The translations under genes were made by a program, and so were the position numbers. Positions 1 to 9,459 of a DNA stretch of 64,000 nucleotides are shown here, piece by piece. Every line of letters begins with the position of its first letter. Position 1 is the first letter of the stretch. The stretch spans positions 192,001 through 256,000 of the forward strand of contig CBDATA010000001.1 in NCBI GenBank assembly GCA_965199715.1, in the 5' to 3' direction. This DNA is from Vicinamibacteria bacterium (lineage in GTDB: Bacteria > Acidobacteriota > Vicinamibacteria > Marinacidobacterales > Marinacidobacteraceae). The notes beneath the pieces are model-generated. The model was not told the origin of the DNA. It did no database searches and worked only from the letters and a program-made list of their open reading frames with translations.

Positions 1-165
1 CGGCGAGGCGAGCAGGACGAGCCAGACCTGGAGGTAGCGGGCGAGCTCCTCGGTCCAACTCGGCGGAGCGCCGAGGACGTAGCGGGCGCCCACTTGCCAG
101 ATGACGAGGCCGGCCATGAGCGCGAGCGCGAGGGCGGCCGCGCTCTCGAGCGAGCGCCAGATCAA
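1..165 (-). CDS. TRAP transporter small permease (DctQ-like), 5' part; runs off the window start
   Basis: Manual minus-strand translation from TTG at 165: LIWRSLESAAALALALMAGLVIWQVGARYVLGAPPSWTEELARYLQVWLVLL, with the typical DctQ RY..W.EELARY motif. Confidence 0.8.
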   Translation of the reverse strand, partial: MIWRSLESAAALALALMAGLVIWQVGARYVLGAPPSWTEELARYLQVWLVLLASP

Positions 166-166
166 G

Positions 167-769
167 CTACGGGGCGCGCCGGACCCCGAGGATGCGCACC
201 GGATCGGTCAGGATCTGCCCGCGCACGACCTCGGAGTAGGCGGGAGCGTCGGTCGGGAGCCGGTGGATCGCGTCCAGCACCTCCATCCCCCGGATCACCC
301 GCCCGAACGTCGAGTACCCGAATCCGTCGCGGGTCGGATCGCCGGCGTCGGTGTCCAGCACGAAGTTGTCGCCGACGTTGAAGAAGAACTCGGAGTTCGC
401 GGTGCCGGGCCCGCCCCGGGCGTAGGCGAGGGTTCCGCGCTCGTTGCGCACGCCGGTGACATGGGTGGTCTCGTGCGGGATCGGCGGGAACGGCGGCTCC
501 GCCTCGGCCTCGCCCTCGTCCCCGGCGACGATCGGCAGGCTGCGCAGCCCGCCCTGGATCACGTCGTGCGCGTCGCCGTTCGCCGTGTGCGTCGCCCGGT
601 AGAACGCCGCTCCGCCGTAGTGCCCGCCATCGACGTAGCGGAGGAACTGCGCCGTCGAGATCGGGGCCCGGTCGGGATGGAGCGCGACCTCGATCTCGCC
701 GAGGGAGGTCTCGAGGACGACGTGGACCGGCTGAGACAGGAGCGCGAGGGAGAGGAGGAACCGGATCAT
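167..769 (-). CDS. Cyclophilin-type peptidyl-prolyl cis-trans isomerase, exported
   Basis: Signal peptide MIRFLLSLALL; motifs LETSLGEIEVAL, FYR, VIQGG, GTLAYAR, ANSEFFFNV, FGRVIRGMEV. Confidence 0.88.
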   Translation of the reverse strand: MIRFLLSLALLSQPVHVVLETSLGEIEVALHPDRAPISTAQFLRYVDGGHYGGAAFYRATHTANGDAHDVIQGGLRSLPIVAGDEGEAEAEPPFPPIPHETTHVTGVRNERGTLAYARGGPGTANSEFFFNVGDNFVLDTDAGDPTRDGFGYSTFGRVIRGMEVLDAIHRLPTDAPAYSEVVRGQILTDPVRILGVRRAP

Positions 770-779
770 GGCCGGGCCG

Positions 780-789
780 AGGATACCCT
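780..789. promoter_or_regulatory. Overlapping divergent -10 boxes (AGGATACCCT)
   Basis: Minus-strand TATCCT lies 10 nt before ATG 769 and plus-strand TACCCT lies 8 nt before ATG 798. The boxes share the TA dinucleotide and no Shine-Dalgarno (SD) is visible. Confidence 0.5.
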
Positions 790-797
790 TCGGGATC

Positions 798-1664
798 ATG
801 CGGATCGCACTGATGGCGCTCGCGCTTCTCGCGGGCGGACAGGAACCGGGGCCGAAGGTCTTCATCTCCGTCGACATGGAGGGGCTGAGCGGGATCGCCC
901 ACGGCGAGATGACGTCGGCGGCGGGAGCCGAGTACGCCCGCGGGCGGAACCTGCTGATGAGCGACCTGAACGCCGCCATCCAGGGCGCGCTCGACGCCGG
1001 CGCGAGCGAGATCCTCGTGAACGACAGCCACGGCAGCATGCGGAACGCGCGCATCGAGCAGATGCTCGCGCCCGCCCGGCTCATCAGCCACAACTCCAAG
1101 CCGTTCGGCATGATGCAGGGGCTGACCGCCGACTTCGACGCGGTCTTCTTCATCGGCTACCACGCGCGCGCCGGGAATCCGGACGGCCTGATGGCCCACA
1201 CCGGCTCGGGAGCGAAGATCCGCGAGATCCGCGTCCACGGGGAGCCCGCCGGCGAGGGCGACATGAACGCCGCGCTCGCCGCCCACTACGGCGTGCCAGT
1301 GGCGCTCGCGACCGGCGACGACGCCTTCGTGGAAGAGCTCGGGGAGACGCTGCCGAACGTCGAGTTCGTCTCGGTGAAGCGGGCCATCCGCCGCACCACG
1401 GCCGAACTCCACCACCCCGAGGCGACGGCGGGATGGATTCGGGAGGCCGCCGCCCGCGCGCTGCGCTCCCTGCCCGCCCCCGAACCGGCGCCGGAAGAGC
1501 CGGTCGCCGTCGAGATCCAATACACCCGCCCCGACCTCGCCGAGATCGCGTCGCTGCTGCCGGAGATCGAGCGGACCGCGCCCGACACGGTGCGCTTCGA
1601 GGCGGCGACGATGCCCGAGGCCTACGCGATCATCCGGGTGCTGTACCGGAACCTGTCGGAGTAG
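798..1664 (+). CDS. Peptidase M55 (DppA-like D-aminopeptidase) with N-terminal signal-like segment
   Basis: KVFISVDMEG, VNDSHGSMRN, FFIGYHARAG, MAHT, TGDD motifs. Confidence 0.9.
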   Translation: MRIALMALALLAGGQEPGPKVFISVDMEGLSGIAHGEMTSAAGAEYARGRNLLMSDLNAAIQGALDAGASEILVNDSHGSMRNARIEQMLAPARLISHNSKPFGMMQGLTADFDAVFFIGYHARAGNPDGLMAHTGSGAKIREIRVHGEPAGEGDMNAALAAHYGVPVALATGDDAFVEELGETLPNVEFVSVKRAIRRTTAELHHPEATAGWIREAAARALRSLPAPEPAPEEPVAVEIQYTRPDLAEIASLLPEIERTAPDTVRFEAATMPEAYAIIRVLYRNLSE

Positions 1665-1835
1665 GTCAGGTCGGGCGGAGAGAGAATCTGCTCGCCTGCG
1701 GCCAGTCTTGCCCCGAGGGCGTGGAGGCTCACGAGGTGCGCCAACAACTGCAATCCAGGCCAGTGGCGGTGACTTGGGACGTGAAGGCCAAGGCGACACC
1801 CCTATGCCAGGGTTTCGGAGTGGGCCATTGTGGAT

Positions 1836-1916
1836 TCAGTCCGCTGCGTGGAGCCGCACCATGAAGCGCTCGCCGTCCGCGACGAGGTCCGGATCGGTTC
1901 CGGTGTGTTCCTTCAT
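1836..1916 (-). pseudogene. Short C-terminal remnant resembling the end of AlbA_2/HATPase_c_4 ATP-binding proteins
   Basis: MKEHTGTDPDLVADGERFMVRLHAAD*; similarity is recalled from the family C-terminus, not searched. Confidence 0.35.
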
Positions 1917-2941
1917 GTAGCCGACCCTCGCGCAGCCGCGGCCAGCGCCGTCCGCCCGAGCGCCGTGGCGAACGCAGGCGGGACCGCATTCCCGATCCAG
2001 CGCGCGATCTCCCGCTGGGTTCCGAAGAACTCGTAGTCGTCCGGGAACGTCTGGAGCGCCGCCGCCTCGCGCAGGCTGATCGCCCGATCCTGCTGCGGGT
2101 GGCCGAAACGTCCGTCGGAGAGGCGGTTGCGCCGGCTGGTCAGCGTCGGCGCGACCCGGTCCCACCACATCCGGCCGTGCACGTCGCTGCAACCGGTGCC
2201 GATGGAACGGCGGCGCGGAAGGCCGAGACGCTCCGGCCAGTCCCTCCGGCTGCCCCCGTCCGGCGGCGTGGCGCGGACCCGCACCAGGTTCGCGGGGGCG
2301 AGGTTCGCCGCGGAGTGGTTGGGGATGCCGGCGTGCGTCTCGCCGGCCTCGATCCGGGGAAACCGCTCGATCGCCGTACGGACCGAGGCGTCGGCGCCCC
2401 TCGCCTCCGGCTGCCGCGCCCGACCCTTCGCGGCGGCGAGCAGCGCGTAGCGCCGGCGGTGCTGCGGCACGCCGAAGCCACGGGCGTCGACCCCCGCGTC
2501 CCAGGAGTAGCCCAGATCGGCGAGCGTCTTCAGGAAGCGCCGCAAGGGACCGGAATTGGGCGTCGCCGCGATTCCTGGGACGTTCTCCATCAGGACCGCG
2601 CCGGGACGCGGGGCGCGCACGAGCCGCCCGAACTCGTCGAGCAGCGCCGCGTCCGACCGTTGGCGAAGTCCTCGTCGGCGGCGCTGCTCGCTGAACGGCT
2701 GGCAGGGAGCGCAGCCAGCGAGGAGCCGCTCGCGGCGGGGCACGTCCGGGACGAAGTCGCGCAGGGTCTCGGCTTCAACGGCCTGCACGTCGGCGGCGAG
2801 GAACTGCGTTTCGGGGTTGTTGGGGCCATGGGTCGTGGCCGCGGCGCCATCCGCGTCGAGCCCCGCGACCACGTCCCAACCCGCCCGGCGCAGCCCGAGG
2901 GTCAGGCCGCCGGCGCCGCAGAACGGATCGATGGCCTTCAT
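1913..2941 (-). CDS. DNA (cytosine-5)-methyltransferase, orphan, possibly decaying
   Basis: Motif I DPFCGAGG, motif IV CAPCQPFS, motif VI MENVPG, motif VIII GVPQHRRR, motifs IX/X REAAALQTFPDDY and IGNAVPP. Confidence 0.88.
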   Translation of the reverse strand: MKAIDPFCGAGGLTLGLRRAGWDVVAGLDADGAAATTHGPNNPETQFLAADVQAVEAETLRDFVPDVPRRERLLAGCAPCQPFSEQRRRRGLRQRSDAALLDEFGRLVRAPRPGAVLMENVPGIAATPNSGPLRRFLKTLADLGYSWDAGVDARGFGVPQHRRRYALLAAAKGRARQPEARGADASVRTAIERFPRIEAGETHAGIPNHSAANLAPANLVRVRATPPDGGSRRDWPERLGLPRRRSIGTGCSDVHGRMWWDRVAPTLTSRRNRLSDGRFGHPQQDRAISLREAAALQTFPDDYEFFGTQREIARWIGNAVPPAFATALGRTALAAAARGSAT

Positions 2942-3369
2942 GGTCGAGCCACCAACTGGGCAAGCCGGTCCGTCACGTCGAAGTCGGGCGTGCCCGGGCG
3001 GCCGGCGACACTCGGATATGCCCACGAGACGACTTCGCGGAAGGGACTGTCAGTGGAGGCCACGCGCTCGGGCCGCCACGGTCCGTCGAACGGCCCGAGC
3101 AAGCGTCGAGTCCGCTCCCGCCTGCGCCCCCCTCGATCTGGGCGCGCAGCGCGTGAACGGAGTCCCGAAGCGCTTCGCGGATGCGGGCATCGCAGTCGGC
3201 ATGTACGCCGCGAATCATCCCTGCGACCGGCTCGAACGCCTCAAGGCGCTCCGATACTTCCCTGTCGGAGTCTGACCCCTTCTTTACCGTCTGCACGAAG
3301 GCGTGCGGAACCGCCTCCCACCGTTCGACGAAACCGGAATGGACGACGACTGGACAGAACCAGTCCTCC

Positions 3370-3750
3370 CTGATCGACCTGACCGGAGAACAGGTGCGCC
3401 GTGGCGGGGTCGAATTCCACAGGGACGATCTCGGCCTTCTCGACGGTCTGGTTGACCCTCGAGGACAGCGCGAACGGGACGAGGCCGTCGGACTTGAAGA
3501 CGCCCCAACCGCCCTCGATCCCGAAGGAGCCGAACCGAACCCGCGCGCCCGCCCCGATGGCGGGCGGGTAGGTCGTGGCGGAGGAGGTGCGCTCCTCGAA
3601 GGCCTCCTCGTCGAAGCCGGTCGCGGTGAGGGAGGCGGTGGAACTGGCCGACAGGCCGAGGATGGCGGGGCGAGCGAAGAACTCGAACGTCGTTCCGCGT
3701 CGGGAGCTGGCGACTGCTGCGTCCCGGCGGCCGCGAGCCCCGCCGCCGGC
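3370..3750 (-). pseudogene. Truncated fragment of a probable outer-membrane beta-barrel protein
   Basis: Amphipathic beta-strand-like segments (TTFEFFARP, AIGAGARVRFGSFGIEGGWGVF); no clean start or end. Confidence 0.3.
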
Positions 3751-3791
3751 GCCCAGTATGCTCGGTCGCTGCCATCCCCGGGAGTCCGCCA

Positions 3792-5210
3792 ATGGTCCGC
3801 ATTCTTCTTCTCGCCTGCCTGCTCGCCGCCGGCCCCGCCCGGGCCCAGGACGACGTCGAGATCATGGACGACTTCCTGAACGCCCAGCGAAGCGACTTCA
3901 ACGAAGTCGCGATGCGCATCTGGGAGTGGGCCGAAGTCGGGTATCAGGAGGAGCGGAGCTCGGGCCTCCTCCAGGAGCAGCTCGCCGCGGGCGGATTCCG
4001 GGTGGAGGCCGGCGTGGCGGGCATGCCGACGGCGTTCATGGCCGAATGGGGCGAGGGCGGCCCGGTGATCGGGATCCTCGCCGAGTTCGACGCGCTTCCC
4101 GGAGTGAGCCAGGACGCGGTTCCCGAGCCGATGGCGCGCGACCATGTGGAGGCGGGCCACGCATGCGGGCACCACCTCTTCGGCACCGCTTCCGTGGCCG
4201 CCGGACTCGCCGTCCGGGAATGGCTGGAGCGCACCGGGACTCCGGGCCGCATCCGGGTCTTCGGCACGCCCGCCGAGGAGGGCGGCGCCGGCAAGGTCTA
4301 CATGGTGCGGGAGGGGATGTTCGCCGACGTGGACGCGGTGCTCGCGTGGCATCCGGGCGACCGCAACGACGCGAGTCCCGGCGACTCGCTCGCGAACCTG
4401 TCCGCCAAGTTCCGCTTCCGGGGCGTGTCCGCGCACGCCGCGGGAGCGCCCGACCAGGGCCGGTCGGCGCTCGACGCGGTCGAGGCCATGAACTTCATGG
4501 TCAACCTGATGCGGGAGCACGTCCACGAGCGCAGCCGCATCCACTACGTCATCACCCGGGGCGGCGAGGCCCCGAACGTGGTGCCGAACTTCGCCGAGGC
4601 GTACTACTACAACCGGCATCCGTCGGTGGAGGTCGCCCGCGACAACTGGAGCCGCATCCTGAAGATCGCCGACGCGGCCGCGCTCGGCACCGGGACGACC
4701 GTCGAGCACGAGATGATCCACGGGATCTACAACCTGCTCCCCAACGAGACCATCGGGCGCCTGCTGCACAAGCACCTGACCGACGTCGGCGGGTTCGCCT
4801 ATGACGACGAGGAGCGGGCGTTCGCCGAGGCCATCCAGGAGCACCTCCAGCAGCCGAGACCGATCGGCTCGCAAGAAGACGTGGCGCCGTGGAAGCGCAC
4901 CCCCGCCGGCGGCTCGACCGACGTCGCCGACGTGAGCTGGGTCACCCCGACCGCGCAGTTCCGCGCCGCGACGTGGGTGCCGGGCACGCCCGCGCACAGT
5001 TGGATGGCGGTCGCCGCCGGCGGCACGTCCATCGGCCAGAAGGGGATGCACATCGCCGCCCGCGTGCTCGCCCGCACTGCGGCGGAGCTCCTCACCGATC
5101 CGGCGCCGCTGGAGGCGGCGAAGGCGGAGCTGGAAGCCGCCCGCGGTCCCGACTTCGCGTATGAGCCGCTGCTCGGCGACCGGCCGCCGCCGCTCGACTA
5201 TCGCCGTTAG
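3792..5210 (+). CDS. M20 family amidohydrolase (AbgB-like) with signal peptide
   Basis: LAEFDALPG, GHACGHHLFG, GTPAEEGG, WHPGD, GGSTDVADVSW, PAHSW. Confidence 0.9.
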   Translation: MVRILLLACLLAAGPARAQDDVEIMDDFLNAQRSDFNEVAMRIWEWAEVGYQEERSSGLLQEQLAAGGFRVEAGVAGMPTAFMAEWGEGGPVIGILAEFDALPGVSQDAVPEPMARDHVEAGHACGHHLFGTASVAAGLAVREWLERTGTPGRIRVFGTPAEEGGAGKVYMVREGMFADVDAVLAWHPGDRNDASPGDSLANLSAKFRFRGVSAHAAGAPDQGRSALDAVEAMNFMVNLMREHVHERSRIHYVITRGGEAPNVVPNFAEAYYYNRHPSVEVARDNWSRILKIADAAALGTGTTVEHEMIHGIYNLLPNETIGRLLHKHLTDVGGFAYDDEERAFAEAIQEHLQQPRPIGSQEDVAPWKRTPAGGSTDVADVSWVTPTAQFRAATWVPGTPAHSWMAVAAGGTSIGQKGMHIAARVLARTAAELLTDPAPLEAAKAELEAARGPDFAYEPLLGDRPPPLDYRR

Positions 5211-5383
5211 CGCCGCTCCGCGCGGGGCGCAGGCGGCCCGGAAAAAAGTTTTCCACAAACGGGCCGTTTCGCGGTTGGTCTTGCGATTTGCCGCGTCTTG
5301 ACCATGCACGGGCGAACTCCATCCCGACGCCGCCGGCGTCCAGACCCTCCCGAACTCCGCCGCTCGCGCCCATGCTTCTCCCG

Positions 5384-5771
5384 ATGGGAGAGGAGGCGAA
5401 CCAGCGACCGGCGACGTCACCCGAGCCAAGCAGGCTGAGGCCGATTCGCGCTCGGAGCAGTTTCTCCTCAAGGTTCTCATCGGCATGATGAAGGTCAGGT
5501 TGAGCTCGAGTTCACCCAGATCATCGTCCTGACTCGCCAAGTGGGGGTGTTCGAGACCCGGATGGTCGGGGAGATCGGTGCGCTCCGGGCCGAGGTGCAT
5601 GCGGAATTCGCCGCCCTCTCCGAGCGGGTCGCCCGGATCGAGACCATCCTCATCGATCGCCTTCCGCCGCCGGGCGACCGCAACGGCCCCCGGCGCCCGT
5701 TCGCCGTGCGGGCGGGTCTCCCGTACACTGGGCAGTTCCCGGAGGTACCCCCATGGCCAGGACTCTTCTGA
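5384..5771 (+). pseudogene. Frameshifted small membrane-anchored coiled-coil protein
   Basis: Pieces in different frames: SEQFLLKVLIGMM / FTQIIVLTRQVGVFETRMVGEIGALRAEVHAEFAALSERVARIETILIDRLPP. Confidence 0.4.
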
Positions 5772-7117
5772 TCGCCGGCGCGCTCCTTTTCGGAATCGCC
5801 TCGCAGTCCCTCGCCCAGGATCGCTTCACCATGGCGCTCACCGGCGACTCGATCATCACCCGCAAGCTGAGCGTGTACGACGAGCCGGAGTTCCTGCGGA
5901 TGATCGACCTCATGCGCGAGGCGGACCTCGCGTTCACCAACGTGGAAGTGCTCTTCCACGACTGGGAGTCGTATCCGATGAGTTCCAGCGGCGGCACCTA
6001 CATGCGGGCGCAGCCGGAACTGGTCCAGGAGTTCGTCTGGGCCGGCATCGACATCGGATCGCTCGCCAACAACCACTCCGGCGACTACGGGCCGCCCGCG
6101 ATGCTGCTCACCGAGAAGTACATCCGGGAAGCGGGCATCGTGGCCGCGGGCGTGGGGCGCAGCCTCGCCGAGGCCCGCGAGGCCAAGTTCATCGAGACCC
6201 GAAACGGCCGGGTCGCGCTGATCTCGCTCGCGTCCACCTTCCCCGACCACTCCCGCGCGGGCAAGTCCCGGGACGACATCCCCCCGCGTCCGGGACTGAA
6301 CCCGCTGCGCTACGTCACGACCTACGAGGTCACCCGCGACCAGTTGGAGCAGGTTCGTCAGACGATGCGCGACCTCAAGATGAACCCGCCCGAGTCCAGC
6401 GACCAGCTCCGCTTCCTCCGCAACCGGTTCGAGGTCGCCGACTCCCCGGGCGTGCGGACCGAGCCGCACGCCGAAGACACGGCCGAGATCGCCGCGATCG
6501 TGCGCAACGCGCGGCGCCAGGCCGACTACGTGATGGTCACGATCCACGCGCACGAGGGCGCTCCCGGACCGGACAGCCGGATGGTCCCGGCCCAGTTCCT
6601 CGAGACCTTCGCCCGGGCGATGGTGGACGCCGGCGCGTCGGCGTTCGTGGGTCACGGCCCCCACGCGCTGCGCGCCATCGAGATGTACAAGGGCGTCCCG
6701 ATCATGTACAGCCTCGGCGACTTCATCTTCCAGAACGAGACGCTCCAGCGGCTGCCCTACGAGAACTACCACGGGGTCGGCCTCGCCGAGGACGCCGGCC
6801 TCGCCGACTTCAACGACGCCCGATACGACAACGACACGCGGGGCTTCCCCGCGATCCCGGAGATCTGGGAGGCGGTGATCGCCGTGCCCGAGTGGAGCGG
6901 GCAGCAGCTCGTCGAGCTCACCCTCCACCCGATCAGCCTCGGCTTCGGCCAGCCCCGGCACGTGCGCGGGCGGCCGATGATGGCCGAGGGCGCGCTCGCC
7001 GACAAGATCCTGAACGACCTCGTCCGCATCTCGCAGCCCTACGGGACCGAGTTCGTCGTCCAGGACGGCGTGGCTCGGGTCGTGCTCGGCGACGAGACCA
7101 CCGACGCCCAGCAGTAG
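5753..7117 (+). CDS. CapA/PGA_cap family metallophosphoesterase-fold protein, exported
   Basis: LTGDS, FTNVE, SLANNHSGDYG, TIHAHEG, VGHGPH, YSLGDFIFQ; SD GGAGG upstream. Confidence 0.88.
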   Translation: MARTLLIAGALLFGIASQSLAQDRFTMALTGDSIITRKLSVYDEPEFLRMIDLMREADLAFTNVEVLFHDWESYPMSSSGGTYMRAQPELVQEFVWAGIDIGSLANNHSGDYGPPAMLLTEKYIREAGIVAAGVGRSLAEAREAKFIETRNGRVALISLASTFPDHSRAGKSRDDIPPRPGLNPLRYVTTYEVTRDQLEQVRQTMRDLKMNPPESSDQLRFLRNRFEVADSPGVRTEPHAEDTAEIAAIVRNARRQADYVMVTIHAHEGAPGPDSRMVPAQFLETFARAMVDAGASAFVGHGPHALRAIEMYKGVPIMYSLGDFIFQNETLQRLPYENYHGVGLAEDAGLADFNDARYDNDTRGFPAIPEIWEAVIAVPEWSGQQLVELTLHPISLGFGQPRHVRGRPMMAEGALADKILNDLVRISQPYGTEFVVQDGVARVVLGDETTDAQQ

Positions 7118-7122
7118 CCCGG

Positions 7123-8160
7123 ATGCGCCTCCTCGCGGCGCTGCTCGTCGTCGCGGCGTCGGCGGCGGCGCAGCCGCTCCGAGTGGACCTCCACGCCCAT
7201 CCATCGCGCTTCCACCGGGCGAACGTGCCCCGGATCGCCGACCGCGAGATCGCCCGGTACCTCGACCGCGGCATGGACGCGGTCGTCGCCACGATCAGCA
7301 CCGACACGCCGTGGCGCGGCGGCTACGTGCTGCGCGACGGAACGCGTATCGAGGGCGGGAACCGCCGGCCCGATCCCGAGGAGCCGTGGGAGTACACCCT
7401 CGACCGCTTCGAGCGGCTGACGCGGACCGCAGCAGAGGGGAACGCCCGCTTCGTCCGGACCCCGGCGGAAGCCCGCGCGGCGCGGGCGGCCGGCGAACTC
7501 GCCATCCTCCCGGCGGTCGAGGGAGCCGACTCGCTGGAAGGGAAGATCTGGAGGCTCCGGCAGCTTCACCGAATGGGGCTCGCGCTCGCCCAGATCGTCC
7601 ACTTCCGGCCCAACGGAATCGGGCACATCCAGACGTGGCCCTACACGCCGGGCGGACTCACCGACTTCGGGCGCGAGGTCGTGCGCGAGTGCAACCGGCT
7701 CGGCATCGTGATCGACCTCGCCCACGCCAACCCGGAGACGATCCGCGACACGCTGGCGGAGTCCCGCCATCCGGTGATCTTCAGCCACACCGGCGCATTC
7801 GCGCTGGACGCAGCGGATCGCCACCTGCGCGATTCCGAGATCCGCGCCATCGCCGAGGGCGGCGGGGTGATCGGCATCTGGCCGAACGGAAGCAGGTTGC
7901 CCACAGTCGCCGACATGGCCCGCCACGCCCGACACGTCGCGACCCTCATGGGCACCGCCGAGAACGTCGGGATCGGCAGTGACCTGCGCGGGATGTCCTC
8001 GTACAGCGAGGGGTTCGGCGAGGAGGCCGATTTCCTCGGGATCGCCGAGGCCTTCCGGGAGGCCGGATTCACGGCGGACGAAGTGGACGGGATTCTCGGC
8101 GGCAACTTCGAGCGCGTCTGGACCGAGGTCACCGAGGGCGTCCGACCCCCACTCCAATGA
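7123..8160 (+). CDS. Membrane dipeptidase (peptidase M19), exported
   Basis: Signal peptide; DLHAH, VEGAD, GLTDFGREVVRECNRLGIVIDLAH, FSHTG, GIGSDL, ILGGNFERV. Confidence 0.9.
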   Translation: MRLLAALLVVAASAAAQPLRVDLHAHPSRFHRANVPRIADREIARYLDRGMDAVVATISTDTPWRGGYVLRDGTRIEGGNRRPDPEEPWEYTLDRFERLTRTAAEGNARFVRTPAEARAARAAGELAILPAVEGADSLEGKIWRLRQLHRMGLALAQIVHFRPNGIGHIQTWPYTPGGLTDFGREVVRECNRLGIVIDLAHANPETIRDTLAESRHPVIFSHTGAFALDAADRHLRDSEIRAIAEGGGVIGIWPNGSRLPTVADMARHARHVATLMGTAENVGIGSDLRGMSSYSEGFGEEADFLGIAEAFREAGFTADEVDGILGGNFERVWTEVTEGVRPPLQ

Positions 8161-9384
8161 CCCCTCTCTCCCCGGGCGCCCGCCGCCTGCCGACGCATCA
8201 CGTCACGATGCGCGTCCCCTGGCACTACGACGGCTGGGCGGGCACGGTCTGCAATCGGCCGGCGGACAATACGAGCTGTCCAATCCTTCCGCGAATCAGC
8301 GAGGCGAAGAAGGACGAGAAGGAGGCTCAGTAAGGGGGCCAACGGTTCGACACGCCAGCCGCCGAGAATCGCCCCCCATGCGTCGGCGAACGCGCGTCCT
8401 TCATGGCCCCATTGCCCTTGACGCGCTCCACGATTCATCCGTACAAGGAGTGGGCCGAAACCCACCAGCACTTCGAGGCTACGCGAGTCGTCCAGGAGGC
8501 GTACTCGGCTGCATGCGTCCCGTTTCGATGGATGCTCCGGGAAACGGTCGAGGGAAGCGCAAGGAGCAAGGACATCGGTCTCGCGGCACGACTGCGACTC
8601 GGATACATGCCGGAACAGGAGCCGGACGTACGGGATCGCCAAGGCAAATCGCACGACACGAACTGGATCCAGGAGCGTGAGAATCAGCTCGCCTTGCCGG
8701 ACACGTTCTTCGGCGCCATGCAGCCAGCGGAGTCGCTGTGCTTCTTCTGCGCCAAACGGACGCCGTTGTCCGAGCAGTCCCGGCGCCTGTTGGCTCTTGT
8801 CGCGCGAGCTCCTGTACACGGCGTTGACCAGGCAGACACGGAGGTTGGTCGTCCTGCATCAAGGCCCGCTCGCCGATCCTCGCAAGTTCGCGCACGCCGA
8901 GAATTCCGAAGTCGCGCGCCGGATGACGAACCGGTTCGCGGATCCAATCCCCTGCGCCGTCGAGAGCGGGAGTCGCGAGACCTTCCTGGAACGAGGCCTT
9001 GTCCATCGCACGGAGCGGGGAGAAATCGTACGTTCCAAATCCGAGATCGTAATCGCGGACAAACTGTATGGCCGAGACGTGGATTGCACCTACGAGCGTC
9101 CGCTCAGGATTGGAGGTGGCCGGACTCGTTATCCGGACTTCACGATCGTGGACGACGACCAGGGGAAGACCTTCTGCTGGGAGCATCTCGGCCTGCTCCA
9201 CGATTCCGGATACCGCGAACGGTGGGAACGGAAACGGGCGGAATACGTCGAGTACGGGATCAAGCCCTACGAAGAGCGCGGTGGGCCCCCGGGGACGCTC
9301 ATTGAGACTCGTGACGATCCGAACGGCGGATTGGACGCCGGTGAGATCGCACGCCTGATCGACCGAGAGATTCTGGGGGACTGA
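8157..9384 (+). pseudogene. RecD-like SF1 helicase/nuclease pseudogene with an internal stop and a large internal deletion
   Basis: N-terminus from ATG 8157 (HVTMRVPWH.DGW.GTVC..P..NTSC), TAA at 8331-8333, then a frame switch near 8795 straight into helicase motif VI (SRELLYTALTR) and a nuclease-like tail (VRSKSE, YPDFTI, WEHLGLL). No Walker A motif is present. Confidence 0.8.
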
Positions 9385-9459
9385 GCGGCCCGGGCTCCCG
9401 CACGGCCCGGTGCACCGACCCGAAGGGGCGACGGCCTCGAGGGGTCTAGAGTTACGGTC

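Noticed and set aside
3273-3275. In-frame TGA in the plus-strand fragment as another Sec codon
   Set aside because: No redox-motif context, no matching hairpin at the same offset, and the surrounding region is decayed.
3130-3275. Glycerophosphodiester phosphodiesterase C-terminal remnant
   Set aside because: Only a superficial resemblance (AGIAVGMYAAN); the expected downstream TD.P motif is absent.
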